A DNA stretch of 45,516 nt from Octopus bimaculoides. Its lineage: Eukaryota. The notes under the pieces were generated by a model. That model was given only the letters and a program-made list of their open reading frames with translations, was not told where the DNA came from and did not search any database. The stretch lies in assembly GCF_001194135.2 (NCBI RefSeq), contig NC_068982.1:113672734-113718249 (forward strand), given 5' to 3'. Shown in pieces: positions 23,762-36,950 of the stretch. Within the stretch, counting starts at the first letter, position 1. Each line of letters begins with the position of its first letter. The translations under genes were made by a program, and so were the position numbers.

Positions 23762-23762
<1 letters not shown>
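23600..23762 (+). mobile_element. Probable Penelope-like terminal fragment ending in (TA)n/(CA)n
   Basis: 'tgaagagcgtaggctcgaaac...gagtgttaaactaatacacc' has the GANGAG...CGAAAC layout seen at Penelope ends. Family assignment is from recall. Confidence 0.5.
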
Positions 23763-23799
<37 letters not shown>

Positions 23800-23818
23800 N
23801 NNNNNNNNNACACACATG

Positions 23819-23879
<61 letters not shown>

Positions 23880-26800
23880 TTATATATATATACAAACGTA
23901 CATTAATGTATAATATATACATATATGTACATACAGCTATTATCTGCTCACAATTTGTGAAATAATACTTTGGTTATTTCCAGTTAATTTCACACAGTTA
24001 CATGGAGACACACAAACACACAGTCTCATACAGTTAAACACTTAAACACAATGGTCTCATTGCAGAGGTTGTAGAAAGTTTTTCTGCTAATATATTTGCT
24101 GCTGCAGGCTAAACTGGACCCTGAAATTTTAAAATCAACATGTCTCTCTTTTGGCTATCACACAGTGCTTGTTTGCATATATGAATAGATATATGATTTA
24201 GTAACAACACTTAAAAGGTCTTTCAAACATACCTGTGTATGAGTTGGTGTATTTTCCAGAATCAGCAGTATTAATGCAAATAGTAACCATTCTAACCCCA
24301 GCACCATATAAGAACCACCATCCTATGATATAATTGGTTCTACATTGGAGAGAGTGCACAGCAATCTGGTAAGCTGTTGCATTGGCATTACAATTATAAT
24401 CAAATGGATGCATCTTGCTAATTTTCCAGTTACATAGTTGGCTATCTCATTTGTTGTTTCTCCTGTCACTATTTGTATATGTAGATTATTGCCTTGCTCA
24501 CCAGTGTACAATCATTTATGTGAACACAAGAATGTATGGTTACTGTACTCATAGTGTGGTTAAGTATGATTACAATTTGCAATAATGTTGCTGCTATTGG
24601 AAAAGCAACTGAAGCTCACCTTTTTATCTCAGTGTTTAAATGGCTTATGCAGCTATGAAATCAAATTTAGGAAATTTTTAAATCAATAGGAGTTCACATT
24701 AAGGTTAAGTGGGGGCTTAAACCAAGTGAAATTCCAGTTATGTTTTCTTTTTGTTTGGTAAATTTTCTTCATTCATAATTTGAACTTCCTTGGATATGAA
24801 ACAGTCTTTTTCTTTGGGACATTACTCTCAAAAGACTTAGTAGAGTAAGCAGCATTTCTGTCAAATGCTGTTTTGTCTGAAGTTATATCAAAACTTTATT
24901 ATTTTAAATATATTAGATCTGTTTTTCAAATTTGCGTTTACGTATAGTTTACATGTATGCATACATACATGCACATACATCACCATGTATGTGTGTGTGT
25001 GTGTGTTTATATATATTCATGTATGCATGTTTGTATGTGTTTATACACATGTATAAATGAGAAAGATACTGATTACTAATTTTCATTCTCTTTATTTTTC
25101 ACAATACAATTTAAATATATTTATTAAACTTTCTTTGTGTATATGCTGTTTAATTTGCTATTGTGGGATTTAATATTATAATACCTACAACAATCAGTAG
25201 CAATTTGAATAGCTACATTATAATTATGTCGTATAAGCACATTTAACCCATAAAACTATATTTTAAAGCATCATATGGTGCATTGCTTTACATTAAAATA
25301 ATCCAGTCTTCTGAACTGTTCAATATTATTTCAATAATAATTACCTTTGATCATTCTCAATATTTTAATTAGTATTTAAACTGCATTACTTTTATTTAAT
25401 ATTTTTGAAAATAAGATCAGATATTTTTCTAAATACAAATAGATGTTGATGTTTCGGAATTCAAAGGTGAGTTCAGGATAAGTTTCGTAAGTCCAGAGTT
25501 CAGTTGTCATGAAGAATTTTCGGGTTGGATAAGGACAGTTGCCCTTTGTGTGAAGGAGGAAGGGTGAGAAGGTAATGCTGTCACTTTGGTTGTAGACGAG
25601 TAAATGGAAGAAAGAAATGAAATGCAGTGATTTTAGGATGTAGTATGTGGAGTGAGAACAGAAGGGAGAAAAGGGTGATGTGAGAGGGTCAGCAAGAAGA
25701 ATCAGGAGAAACAAAGACCAGCCATATACAGAAAGCTATTTAAAAATATTTATGTAATATTGAATGTAATTGTTGTTTGCTGCTTGCTTCCTTTACTTAC
25801 TGTTTTTGCATACCCTTCCCTATTAGAACACCACACTAACTTGTCACTCTACTTACTGCTTTCTACTTTCCCTCTCCAATTCTAGCTCACCCCCACTTTA
25901 CATGCATCTTCTTGCAGAATCTCTCTCTCACACCACTTCTGTCTCTGCCTCCCTCCAATCATTAATGAATTGGGTAAGTTGAGTGATAATGGACTGATTG
26001 TTGTTGATGCATATCGTCACCACTATCTTCAGCCACTAGATTTTATTTTTTGTGAATTGTTTTTTTTATGAAATTTCTAATAACCATTAGCATCTCCCAA
26101 AGCCCAGACTTGGTTCATCTCTTTTAAATTTTGGAATAATTGCTAACAATGAATTAGAGTTTTCGATTCAGAACTGTATATAACCCTTAACTGCAGGTAA
26201 ATCTGGAATCATTTTGAGGAATTTGTCATTTTAAATATAAGAAATGTTTTCAAGATTTCTGATTTCTTCTAGCAATATGTTAGAGTTTTGGACCTCTGAT
26301 TTAGGGCAAATTTTCTCTCGGGATCTATGCTGTTTTTGAGCAACTGGTGTTCAGTAGAAGGTGTCTGTAAAAGTTTCCTTTTTGCCTGTTGTTGTTGTTG
26401 GAAATTATGGGAGTCTTTTTCATATTTGTTGTTGGGTTTCGCAATATTCTCCAGACATGTTGAATGGCATATTTCTCGTCTTCATTCTACAAAGATCTCC
26501 GGTTCTTTCAATCACTCCCAGTCTAGCTGTCATTCATATTGCTTTATTATCATTATCATTTTGAAAATCATTAGCATTTTGAAATATTTATTTTATGTTC
26601 TCTGTATTTGGTTTATCAAACATTAGTTATCAAATGCCTATGCTTTTATGAAGATATATGCATAGAAATAGAAATATTTATTTTCCTCATAATTAAAGAA
26701 AAAACAACAAATTACTAATTCTTATTTTTGAAATAAAGGAACAATATTAAACACTAAAAAATATCATTTTAAATTTTAGTTATTTAATTATCTGGACTCC

Positions 26801-26949
26801 AAATTGGTAACTCAGGAATTCAGATGTTGTCTTTCAATATAATTGGAGAATAGGTTGTAGCTTTCTTTTATGAGGAAGGAATTTGAAAAGATTTCCTAAC
26901 AGAGACCTATTATAACAGAGTTGAAGAACCCAGACTCTACTTCAAATAT

Positions 26950-27830
26950 TTGTGACTAGTTTAATACTGTAAATGAAAAACATGGTCTTTGGCAGATGAT
27001 ACCACCTTTCATGTCTCCTTAACCATTAGCACACAGGTGGGATCCATATCCAATCTAGACACTACATGACAAACCTATACTGTCTCCATGAACAGAGATC
27101 TCCACTGGAAATATGACAACCATGTCTCTATCAACAGTACAAAGAGATACTCTTTACTTACATTGAAGAAACAATCTTCTAAAACATCCTTTCTTATAGA
27201 CAGTGTACAATTAAAACTCTCAGAGATTTCAAATGATAGTCTTCACAAACCCTGAAGCTCTTTCTTGCTGATCTCACATGTATAGCATAACAAAAATTGC
27301 ATTCAAATACTATGCTGCTTCTCTAGGGCCCTAAAATACTTCAGCTCCCAACATTTACATAGAGCTGCAGTGGAATAATATTTTTCTCTCATATTTGGAA
27401 CGCATTTGCTGTTGTTACAACAATATCCTAGATTACCTGAAAGAAGTAAGATAACTGACTGGTTGGCAAAAATTCACCCCTGCAACATGCATACCAGCCT
27501 CTAGTTCATATACATGCTGTCAACTCATTCTACTCCTTGTACCATTACCACAATGGCCTCTGCTCCTCAGAGCCAGCTAATTTAATACAACTTCTATCAA
27601 AGCACTTTCATTATCATGTCTCTCTTCCCCTTATCTCATATTCTATGTCTCCTCTCTTAGGCCATGCATTAACCACTTTATCCAATCCTTAATGCTCCAG
27701 AACCACTTATGGTTTTCCCACAAATATAAGCTTGGATTTGTTTTAGCTAAACATCATCTGCATCAGTCTCTACAAATATTGGGAGTAGAAGACTGCAAAG
27801 ATGATGGGAACTGTTCCTTCCTTTTAACCC
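26950..27830 (+). mobile_element. CR1/Jockey-group LINE 3' fossil (RT C-terminus)
   Basis: ADDTTFH at ~26991, MNRDLHWKY (cf. SSDLSWK), SHIWN, SLYHYHNGLCSSEPANLI. Many stops and frameshifts. Confidence 0.7.
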
Positions 27831-29181
27831 AAATTATGAGAAGTGAAGAAAAACATGTTTGAAATGCTACCTGATTTTAAAACCATTGTTCAAGACTTCC
27901 AAAATAACTTGAAATATTTACTAACTGTTCTACAGTAACCTACATAAGCAAATTATACATTTATGTATGTGCTGCATGGTTTCAGATCAAACTGAAATAT
28001 AACTTCTGCAGGATATTTGCTTTCAGTGGTAAAGCTTCTTCTGTAAATTTGATTCAATAAAGCTATAGTAATATTCTGTATCACATGTTGAAATAATTTA
28101 TGTAAAACTCTAAATTTATAGAATAAATTTTATGCAACTTTTTTTTTACTGATATTCTATTGCATGCATAACAACTGAAATATTTAACTCTAATACAATG
28201 CATTCAGCAAAAGTATCAGAATGCCCATATTAAGAACATTTGCAAACATCTTCAACAGAGAGTACTTTTAAAATAGTTAGACTGGAAGGGTTTTATATCT
28301 AAATTTTTATAAATTTTATCATCCATAAAATTGTCCATTTCTATTAGATTACGTAATTTTCTTACTTCCTTGTCTGCAATATTTATATTTTTTTCTGTTT
28401 CAAATAAGCTTCATTATTTTATAATCTTGCTTGTAGGTTATAGGTTCATTTCCTTTTTGAAATATTTCAGTGAAACTCATTTTGTTTCAAAAATATATCA
28501 AGCTTGAGGTTTAAAAAAAATGGAAATTATTTTCTAAAAATCTATTTTCCTGCATATTGAATTCAGCATATTTTGTAATAGCATTTTAAATTTAATTGAT
28601 AAAAACATAACCGTAAAGAAAACCATTCTATATTGCTAGCTTATGATATATTCTAGAATGTTAGTTTTTTTCTTTTTTCTGATGATTGATTTGTAACATC
28701 AGAAAAATTTTATGTAAATTTTTGTAAAATAAAATTACTGTTACTTCAAAGTAAATTCATTTAAATTAGACATTTAAACCTCTTTATACAACAGATGTTA
28801 ATAACAGAATTGTTTTATTTGCAACCATTAGTTAAACTCAGTGAAATAGCCCGACAGATATTAGCTAGCCATAGACAGCTTTGTTTAAGATCTCTGGCAA
28901 AGAAGAGATGTGTGGCAGTAACACATGTGGTCATCACCTCATATATGTCATTGTAAAGCAGAAAAAACAAAAAAATCAAGGGTAAAAAATTGAACACTGA
29001 ACAGTGTTTTGTTGAAGAAATGCACTATATAAACCTAATCACTGGATATCTCATGACAACTGAAAGTGTAAAGTAAGTTTTAGGGCTTATAGAATTAAAT
29101 GGTTTTTGCAGAAAATGTAGAATATATCAAAATAGTGTAAACTTGTTTTAGGAATACACATGCATACACACACACATGCAT

Positions 29182-29286
<105 letters not shown>

Positions 29287-29464
29287 ATGATCATTATCAT
29301 TATCATTTTACATCTTTTTTCCTTGCTGGCATGCATGAGCTGTCATAATCTGCATCATTTCTTACAGAGAGCTATTGCTCTCATAGACTGGCACTCTTAC
29401 ATGTCATCTGGCTTGGTTTCTGTGACTGACTGCCCTTCCTTGTGTGCACTTGCTTTACAAAGTG

Positions 29465-29625
29465 TGGAGTGATTGACATTAGGAAGGGCATCCAGCCATA
29501 GAAACCTTGCCAAATCAGATTGGAATCTGGTGCAACTCCTTGGCTTACCAGTTTTCAGTCAAACTGCCCAACCCATGCCAGCATGGAAAATGGACGTTAA
29601 ATGATGATGATTATTATTATTATTA
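29465..29625 (+). mobile_element. RTE-tail SINE 3' end
   Basis: 'ttaggaagggcatccagccatagaaacc...cccaacccatgccagcatggaaaatggacgttaaatgatgatga'. Confidence 0.8.
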
Positions 29626-29627
29626 TT

Positions 29628-29820
29628 TGTGTGATGGATTGGTAGAGTCAATAGCATATCAGGCACAATGCCTTGTACTATTTGTTCCAGCTCTTTATTT
29701 TCTGATTTCAAATCTCATTGAGGCCAACTTAACCTGCATTCCTCCAGGATCAGTAATAGAGTTAATGGTTTTGATCAGCCACCCTTACCACAAAATAGCT
29801 GGTCTTGTGCCTAAATCAAT
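29628..29820 (+). mobile_element. Degenerate family-B SINE
   Basis: Head 'gatggattggtagagtcaatagc' and tail 'aaatagctggtcttgtgcctaaa'. Confidence 0.6.
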
Positions 29821-30539
29821 TTTATTCTTTTTTTTTTTTTTATCCTTATTCGCCAACACAGTATTTGTTTGCCATTGAACATTAGTCATTGTGACTGTAT
29901 GTTACTGATCAATTACTGAGATAGAATTGTTTCATTATCATTGGTGAAACACACAGAATGATATGAATTGATTTTATAGCCTTTATTTTTTAAGTCTGGA
30001 TTCAAGTGCCTGAAATTCACGAGATTAATGTTAAAAACCATTTTTGGAAGTAGGATATTTGTAAAAGTTTTTCAATTGGCTTCTAAGATAAATTAAATAA
30101 CATAATTCTGTGTTTTTAGATTTGCATGTTCTTGAGTATTTCTTGGTATTCAGAAGGTGCAACAACATTTGGTATACATTCTTTTACTGGTTGCTTTAGA
30201 GAGATAGTATCTTATTAGATTTGGTATAAAAGTTAGATGCACAAATCCTATCATTTACTTCCTTTCCTTCTGAATGATGATTTCAATAATTTGTAGAGAT
30301 TCTTGTTTTTGAATCCAATTAGCATCTTCCTCATCTTTTTGTTAACAGTTAGAAAATCATATTTATTAGTAAAGAAGTCCTTTGTGTTCTGATAAACCCA
30401 GTGATAAATTGAATTAGAATATTAATGTTTTTTTCTAGAAAACTGTTCAGTGGCAGAAAGAAATCTTTGGATGGTATATGAATATATGTATATAAAAGCT
30501 ATCAGTAGGTGAAAGAGAAGTTAAATAATTTGTATATAT

Positions 30540-31380
30540 GGCGAGAGAGGAAGTGCACGGTGAGAGTCATAGATGTAAGGCAGTGTGTCAGAGTAAATCA
30601 GGATATCATTAGTGAAATGTGTGTATGGATAGTAGTAGTAGCATAGTTGTTACTGATGCCAAAAAGAGGCATGGATATGGTACTACTAAGAGTCTGCTGA
30701 ATGAGGAAACTGTATTAAGGGGGTGGTGGAGAGAGTACAACTCTCAGACACACTCAAAAAAGAGATCAACTATTAAAGCTGACTGTTACGTGGTTGAAAG
30801 GACCATATAAGATATGAAAATAGGGAAAGCAACTGGACCATCAGAAATAATCACTAAAATACTGAAACTTAATCTGCTAAGTTGGGACACATTGTAGTCA
30901 CTTGCATAGACAATCAGGTAGTGCAGGTAGACAGCATAACATAACAACAGCCTTTATCAACTATAAAGGCAGAAGAGATACTCAGTAAAGAAGAAACTAC
31001 AGCGGTATTATATTGATAGATCAAACTAGGAAATTGGCAGAAAGAGTTATAGTGTAACTAATTAAGAATTGAATTTGATAAGATGAGATGCAATTTTGGT
31101 TTGTGCCAGGGAGCCACTGATGTCCCTTTTATTAGTGAGACTACTGCAGGAGAGATTCTTGGTTAAAAGTGAGTCACTATACCTAGCATTTATTCATCTG
31201 GAGAAAACTTTTAACAAAGTACCTTCACTCTGTAGATTGGTGGTCACTAAGAAAACTTAGAGTTTGTGAATAGTTTGTGAACTGTGTACAGGAATATTGT
31301 AGAAAGTAATTTAGCAACAAGTTCATTGCAGGATTCAGCATGCAGGTATGTGATTATTAGATGTAGTTCTCAGCTCTCTC
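30540..31380 (+). mobile_element. RTE-clade LINE reverse-transcriptase fossil
   Basis: SLLNEE, DMKIGKATGPSEII, RNYSGI..LIDQTRKLAERVI, DEMQF.FVPG, and a decayed AF.DLEKAF..VP..WWSLRKL region, all in RT order. Confidence 0.8.
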
Positions 31381-31466
31381 CTGGTGCAACCATCTGGTTC
31401 GCCAGTCCTCAGTCAAATCGTCCAACCCATGCTGGCATGGAAAGCGGATGTTAAACGATGATGATG
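31381..31466 (+). mobile_element. RTE-type 3' tail
   Basis: 'cagtcaaatcgtccaacccatgctggcatggaaagcggatgttaaacgatgatgatg'. A second tail lies at 31620-31755. Confidence 0.8.
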
Positions 31467-32324
31467 TGGGTTTAGCTGGAAAGGAAAAATGCAGTTAGCA
31501 TCAGTAAAGGTTGAATCTAATGCTTGCCAAGGTCAATTACTTATATAACTCCTTCTTAGTCAGCCTATGAATGTTTCAGCCCACCCTCATACGTATATAT
31601 AATTTGTGTTTGTATATGACATTAGAAAGGGCATCCAGCCATAGAAACCATGCCTCAACAGACAGCTAGAGTCTGCATAGCAACCTGCTAGCCAGTGCCA
31701 CATCAAACCATCCAACCCATGCCAGCATGGAAAGCAGACATTAAATGATGATGATCATTGGTATATATACATCACAATAACTATTAGCGACAACTGAATT
31801 TTTCTTTTTGGTTTTATATTGTGTCTAGCCACCTTTATTAGTTTATATATATATATATATATAAAATAGTGTACATTTAAACACAAGAGAAACTACCTTT
31901 AAGAGGTAATTTTACACGCTAGAAGAAGCAGTCAAAATGACCAAAACCACATTTAAGAGCAATTTCAAAGGGAATGAAAAATACAAACTTTTACCTTGTT
32001 ATTTTTTTATGGTTATACCGAAGTTTCAAATTTTTTTAGCAGATAAAATAATTTGCTAGGCGAAATTCTCATCAGTAACCACGCTATAACATTAACATAT
32101 AATTTAGAGACAAATAACACGTGTCTCATCATTATATGTTATAATTTTTCAAATTCACCACGCAAGCGTAGTTTCAGTTGGCAGTAAATGAAAAATGCCG
32201 GACTGATCTTCGAAATGCTAAAATCATATGCGTAAAATATATAGGGTAGTGAATATTTTTAGAAATTTCACTACCAGTGACCTAGCATGTATAAAAAGTC
32301 AATAGATAACATATTCTCAATATA

Positions 32325-32361
<37 letters not shown>

Positions 32362-32422
32362 NNNNNNNNNNNNNNNNNNNNNNNNNNNNNNNNNNNNNNN
32401 NNNNNNNNNNNNNNNNNNNNNN

Positions 32423-32453
<31 letters not shown>

Positions 32454-32454
32454 T

Positions 32455-32485
<31 letters not shown>

Positions 32486-32607
32486 AAGAGAGAGAGAGAG
32501 AAATACAAAGTGAAATTAGATTTTGTTTAATATTTCATGTCTTCTACATCCATATCCATAAATAGTTTGCATTTTTGGGCAACATCACTATAGAATAGGT
32601 ATTTAAG

Positions 32608-32853
32608 GTATTTAAGGCGGCGAGCTGGCAGAAACGTTAGCACGCTGGGCGAAATGCTCAGCGGTATTTCGTCTGCCGCTACGTTTTGAGTTCAAATTTC
32701 TCCGAGGTCGACTTTGCCTTTCATCCTTTCGGGGTCGATTAAACAAGTACCAGTTACACACTGGGATCGATATAATCGACTTAATCCGTTTGTCTGTCCT
32801 TGTTTGTCCCCTCTATGTGTAGCCCCTTGTGGGCAGTAAAGAAATAAGAAATA
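32608..32853 (+). mobile_element. Full-length family-B SINE, CpG-intact
   Basis: tRNA-like head, core 'gactttgcctttcatcctttcggggtcgat', (AAGAAAT)n tail, and an imperfect 16-bp TSD (32592-32607 versus 32854-32869, 14/16). Confidence 0.88.
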
Positions 32854-33146
32854 AGAATAGATATTGAAGTTGGCCACTTTTATGAAAATTAAAGATAACA
32901 ACTATCATAATAGAAAGATAATCAAGACATAACATTATTTATGCTTAGTAGAATGTATAGATAAGTTGTCATAATTCTGTGTGACGTTATCATGTGTGTT
33001 TGCATCTAGCTTGCCTTTAAGAGACATGCAAATACTTGAAAATGATTATTGTCGAGAGAGAAGGCTAAAATTAGAATAATTTCCATGTCACCTGAATTTG
33101 GTCTTAGTGGATAAAGAAATATGAATTGAATTTAATCTAATATTAT

Positions 33147-33251
<105 letters not shown>

Positions 33252-33924
33252 AACCTGAAAATGTGTTTATCTCTTTGTTTTCCCATCTCTCTATTACTCA
33301 GCCTCTTTCTGATTTAGAATGGAAACTATAGCTTGAATGTATTACTACTTGTAATAACATAATGAATTGAATATCTGTTGTTCTGCACTGATGACACAGA
33401 GACATGCAGAAACAGCCTTTTTATAGATATGGTTACAGAAAAATATGAAATGTTAGATAAATTCAAATGAAATTGTATAAATGTAAAATTTTGAGTATTT
33501 TTTTTTACTTGTTTACATGCTTCTTTCTCATATTATAAAAATGAATGCCCAATCAATGAATCATTTTTATAATTGTAGAATTTATCAAATCATAAGCATG
33601 ACCCATTAAATTTTTGTTTAATACATGATTTAAACTTTTCCCAAGATATTGATTCTATAGGATATTTTTGATAAGAGTCACCTTTATTTAATTTTCTAGT
33701 ACTATTTGGTGAGTAAACTAAACAATTAAATTCACACTTAAATTTCTTTCTCTCTGTCAAAATGATTGATGTATATTTATTAGGGATGGTGTCATTCATC
33801 CTTAGTTTATTCCTTTTGAATTGAAAAATTGATCAGGTTAATACACTTAACTCAAATACTTGTTTTATTTTGCATCTACACAATCAAATAACAAAAAAGC
33901 AAAGCAAGACATAATTTTGTAATC

Positions 33925-34104
33925 ACGGGTACAGGTGTGGCTGTGTGGTCGAGAAGCTTGCTTCCCAACTACATGGTTCTGGGTTCAGTCCCACTGCATG
34001 GCACCTTAAGTAAGTATCTTCTGCTATAGCCTTGGACTTACAAACTCCTTGTGAGTGGATTTGGTAGAAGGAAACTGAAAGAAGCCCATCATATATATAT
34101 ATAT

Positions 34105-34144
<40 letters not shown>

Positions 34145-34490
34145 NNNNNNNNNNNNNNNNNNNNNNNNNNNNNNNNNNNNNNNNNNNNNNNNNNNNNNNN
34201 NNNNNNNNNNNNNNNNNNNNNNNNNNNNNNNNNNNNNNNNNNNNNNNNNNNNNNNNNNNNNNNNNNNNNNTATATGTATCTATGTATCTGTGTTTGTTCC
34301 CCACTACTTTTTGACAATTGGTGTTGGTTTGTTTACCTCCTCATAACTTAGCAATTTGGCAAAAAAAAGAGCAACAGAATAAGTACCAGGTTTAAAAAAG
34401 AAAAGTACTGGGGTTGATTCATTCAGCTAAAAATTCTTCAGAACAGTGCTCCAGTATGGCCACAGTTTAATGATTGAACCAAATAAAATA
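33925..34490 (+). mobile_element. Family-A SINE spanning a (TA)n gap
   Basis: Head 'ggtgtggctgtgtggtcgagaagcttgcttcccaactacatgg'; 3' part 'ataagtaccagg...ctccagtatggccacagt'. Confidence 0.85.
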
Positions 34491-34819
34491 TAAAAGATAT
34501 GTTCTCTCTTTCTTTTGACAATATTGTAGCATTCTGAGAAATATAAATAAATTTCTTTTTCTCTTGTTTTTCTTTTTGTGTACTAATTTTGAATGAAAGA
34601 TTAAATTAAAGGTCTATAATATACATATCTAATTAAATAGTCAATAATTTATGGGGAATATAAAATATAAGACTAATTGCATATGAAACATAAATATTGA
34701 TTTATAACTAAGGCACAAGGTTTCTGATTATTGATTATGAGAAGTAATGTATAATGTTTACCTTTCACAAGGGCATTGAAAGAGTCACAGAGTTAGATTT
34801 GACCAAGTCAATAACGCAC

Positions 34820-35002
34820 CATTCTGCCAATCAAGTATCAATTGTTTGTTTCTTATCAGTTGCAGTAGTAAAAATGTTTGACTCGTAGCATATTTTGTCA
34901 AGCTATGGCAGTAGACTTCACTATTATAAGTAGAAAGGACATTGTATAACTCATCTTGACTTTCATTAGCTTGAAGTTCTGTGATTAAATATCCTTGGGG
35001 AA
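34820..35002 (-). CDS. Candidate internal coding exon, product unknown (VPQGYLITELQANESQDELYNVLSTYNSEVYCHSLTKYATSQTFLLLQLIRNKQLILDWQN)
   Basis: Acceptor ttaactggtttctttcttccag, donor AATG|gtgcgt, 183 nt, phase 1-1, only one open frame. No homolog recognised. Confidence 0.4.
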
Positions 35003-35607
35003 CTGGAAGAAAGAAACCAGTTAATGTAATTTTCCCTTGGGTCATTACATGATAACATTTTCAGTTGTGGGTGTTCTAGTAGCTCAAATACAGAGGCTTT
35101 CTCAATGTATAGAAAGTAAAATAGCTACAGTTTAAGACTGAAACTGTCTTTACAATTTGTCTTGCTAATAGTGTGTCTCTCTCTCCTACTGCACCTGCTA
35201 TATGAAACATATATATTAATAATCACTCATATGAGAAATTCTGAATTATAAAATTTTAGAACATATTTTCACTTTTTCATATAGCACCTTTTATACTGAA
35301 ATAAACATATTTATATTTGGATTAAATATTACTACTCTCATAAATGATCATTTCAAATATATTACTTTTTGTTCTTTTATTAATCATTGAATAATGGAAT
35401 ATTAAATCACTTTTGACTAACTATTTTCTGTGAAGTACTATCAATGATCTCTTAACAAGAAGTAATTTACTTGTCTTCTACTGTAAGTAGTAAAGTTAGA
35501 AATTATGAAGCACAGGTTCATGAAGTCTATTTTTTTATACTTAGTTTCTGTTATTGAATGAAACTAGTTGTCACAAACCTTATTATTCTTAATATTTTAA
35601 TATCTGC

Positions 35608-35826
35608 TAAGGCAGTGAATTGGCAGAATTGTTACTGCACTAAAAAAAATGCTGAGTGGCATTTCTTCTGACTTTAAAATCTGAGTTCAAACACTGTTGG
35701 TGTTGACTTTGCCTTTCATTCTTTTGGAGCTGATAAAATAAATACCAGTTGAACACTGGGGTTGATGTAACCAATTTAAACCTTCTCTGAAATTGCTGGC
35801 CTTGTGCTGAAATTTGGAACCAATAT
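35608..35826 (+). mobile_element. Family-B SINE, CpG-decayed
   Basis: Collinear with the family-B head, core and tail; I see no CpG left in it. Confidence 0.8.
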
Positions 35827-36099
35827 TATAATATCTACTGATATCATATTGAGGTGTCTACCTAATCACTTTTCTCCCTTCATTCTGCCTCTACCTTTTG
35901 AACTCAGGATAAATTTATTTTGCTTAGCACCCACACCACTTTAATTTTATTCAAATATATTGACAGTTGAAGCAAGTTTAATAAAATCTAAACCATTAGT
36001 ACTTGATTTATTTCAACTGCTCTGGTTTCTCTCTTTAATTACTGTGCAACAAAGTTTCATTCATAAACAACTTGGAGATACAAATGCTACCAGTAGTTG

Positions 36100-36950
36100 A
36101 AAGCTCCACATATCAGACACTACAGTCTTACAGGGTCATCAGGAGAGAATGCACAGTTTTGTGAGCCTTCCTCTTGATGGCATTATTGTACACACACACA
36201 CCTCTCTCATCAAACTGAGTCAAGGCCCTACTTGCTAAATCAACTGGCTACTAAGCTTCACTCAATATTCTTCTAGCCATTGCTCATCATCTCTTTTTAA
36301 CCAGATCCAATGGCATGCTTTCTCCACTGCAGCTTGATATCACCCATGATAGTATTTGTTTTATGTTGAGTTAAGCCTTTCATCTAGAATTGTTTCCCTG
36401 CCACTGCCCTGGGTGGGGCGGGGAGACTTTATGGTGACATAATGCACCTACAGTATACTAAAGGTTAATTCAGTTCTATGCAGCATTGAAGGGAATCTAA
36501 TGATTCAAATTGTGTCTCCAGTTGGAAAGGATGTGTTTCGGCATTTCTACTTTCTCACATCTGTGTTTATCTCTCTTTCATGCCTTCCATCTCACCATGT
36601 TTGTAGGAGTCAGCAAGGCTTCATAGGTTGACCAAATCAAAAACTTTGTTGTGATGTACTCCACTTTCATATTTCATCCCAACTTATTTTCCTCATGCTC
36701 CTTCCATCTTGACATTTGTCCTTGTTGAGAGCTTTGAATCAAATGAAACTTTATACTTCCCTTGCCTTAACACAACAAGCCTGCATTCATTCTGTGTCAT
36801 AACTGAACGGATTTGAGCTAAACACATGTCCCTTCTGATTAGTCTGTATGACACCCATCATGTGTTGGTGTTTAAGTGAAGACATGATATCATCAGATTC
36901 TGCTTTCCACTTCCTGGCTGTTTTTACATCTGTTCTTACCATCATCACTG
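36100..36950 (-). mobile_element. Old RTE-like LINE fossil
   Basis: The minus strand gives SDDIM (cf. ADDI), a TYE/VEM region (cf. TYG.ETW...EM) and KLQWRKH (cf. LRW.GH) in the expected order. Very decayed. Confidence 0.45.

Noticed and set aside
25450-25960. Purine-rich then pyrimidine-rich block with a 112-aa minus-strand ORF
   Set aside because: Low-complexity translation with no recognisable motif; probably an old TE that I cannot classify.
30150-30420. Minus-strand 45-codon frame (NTKDFFTNKYDF...)
   Set aside because: Weak splice sites, and coding-like character is split across frames with stops; no family recognised.
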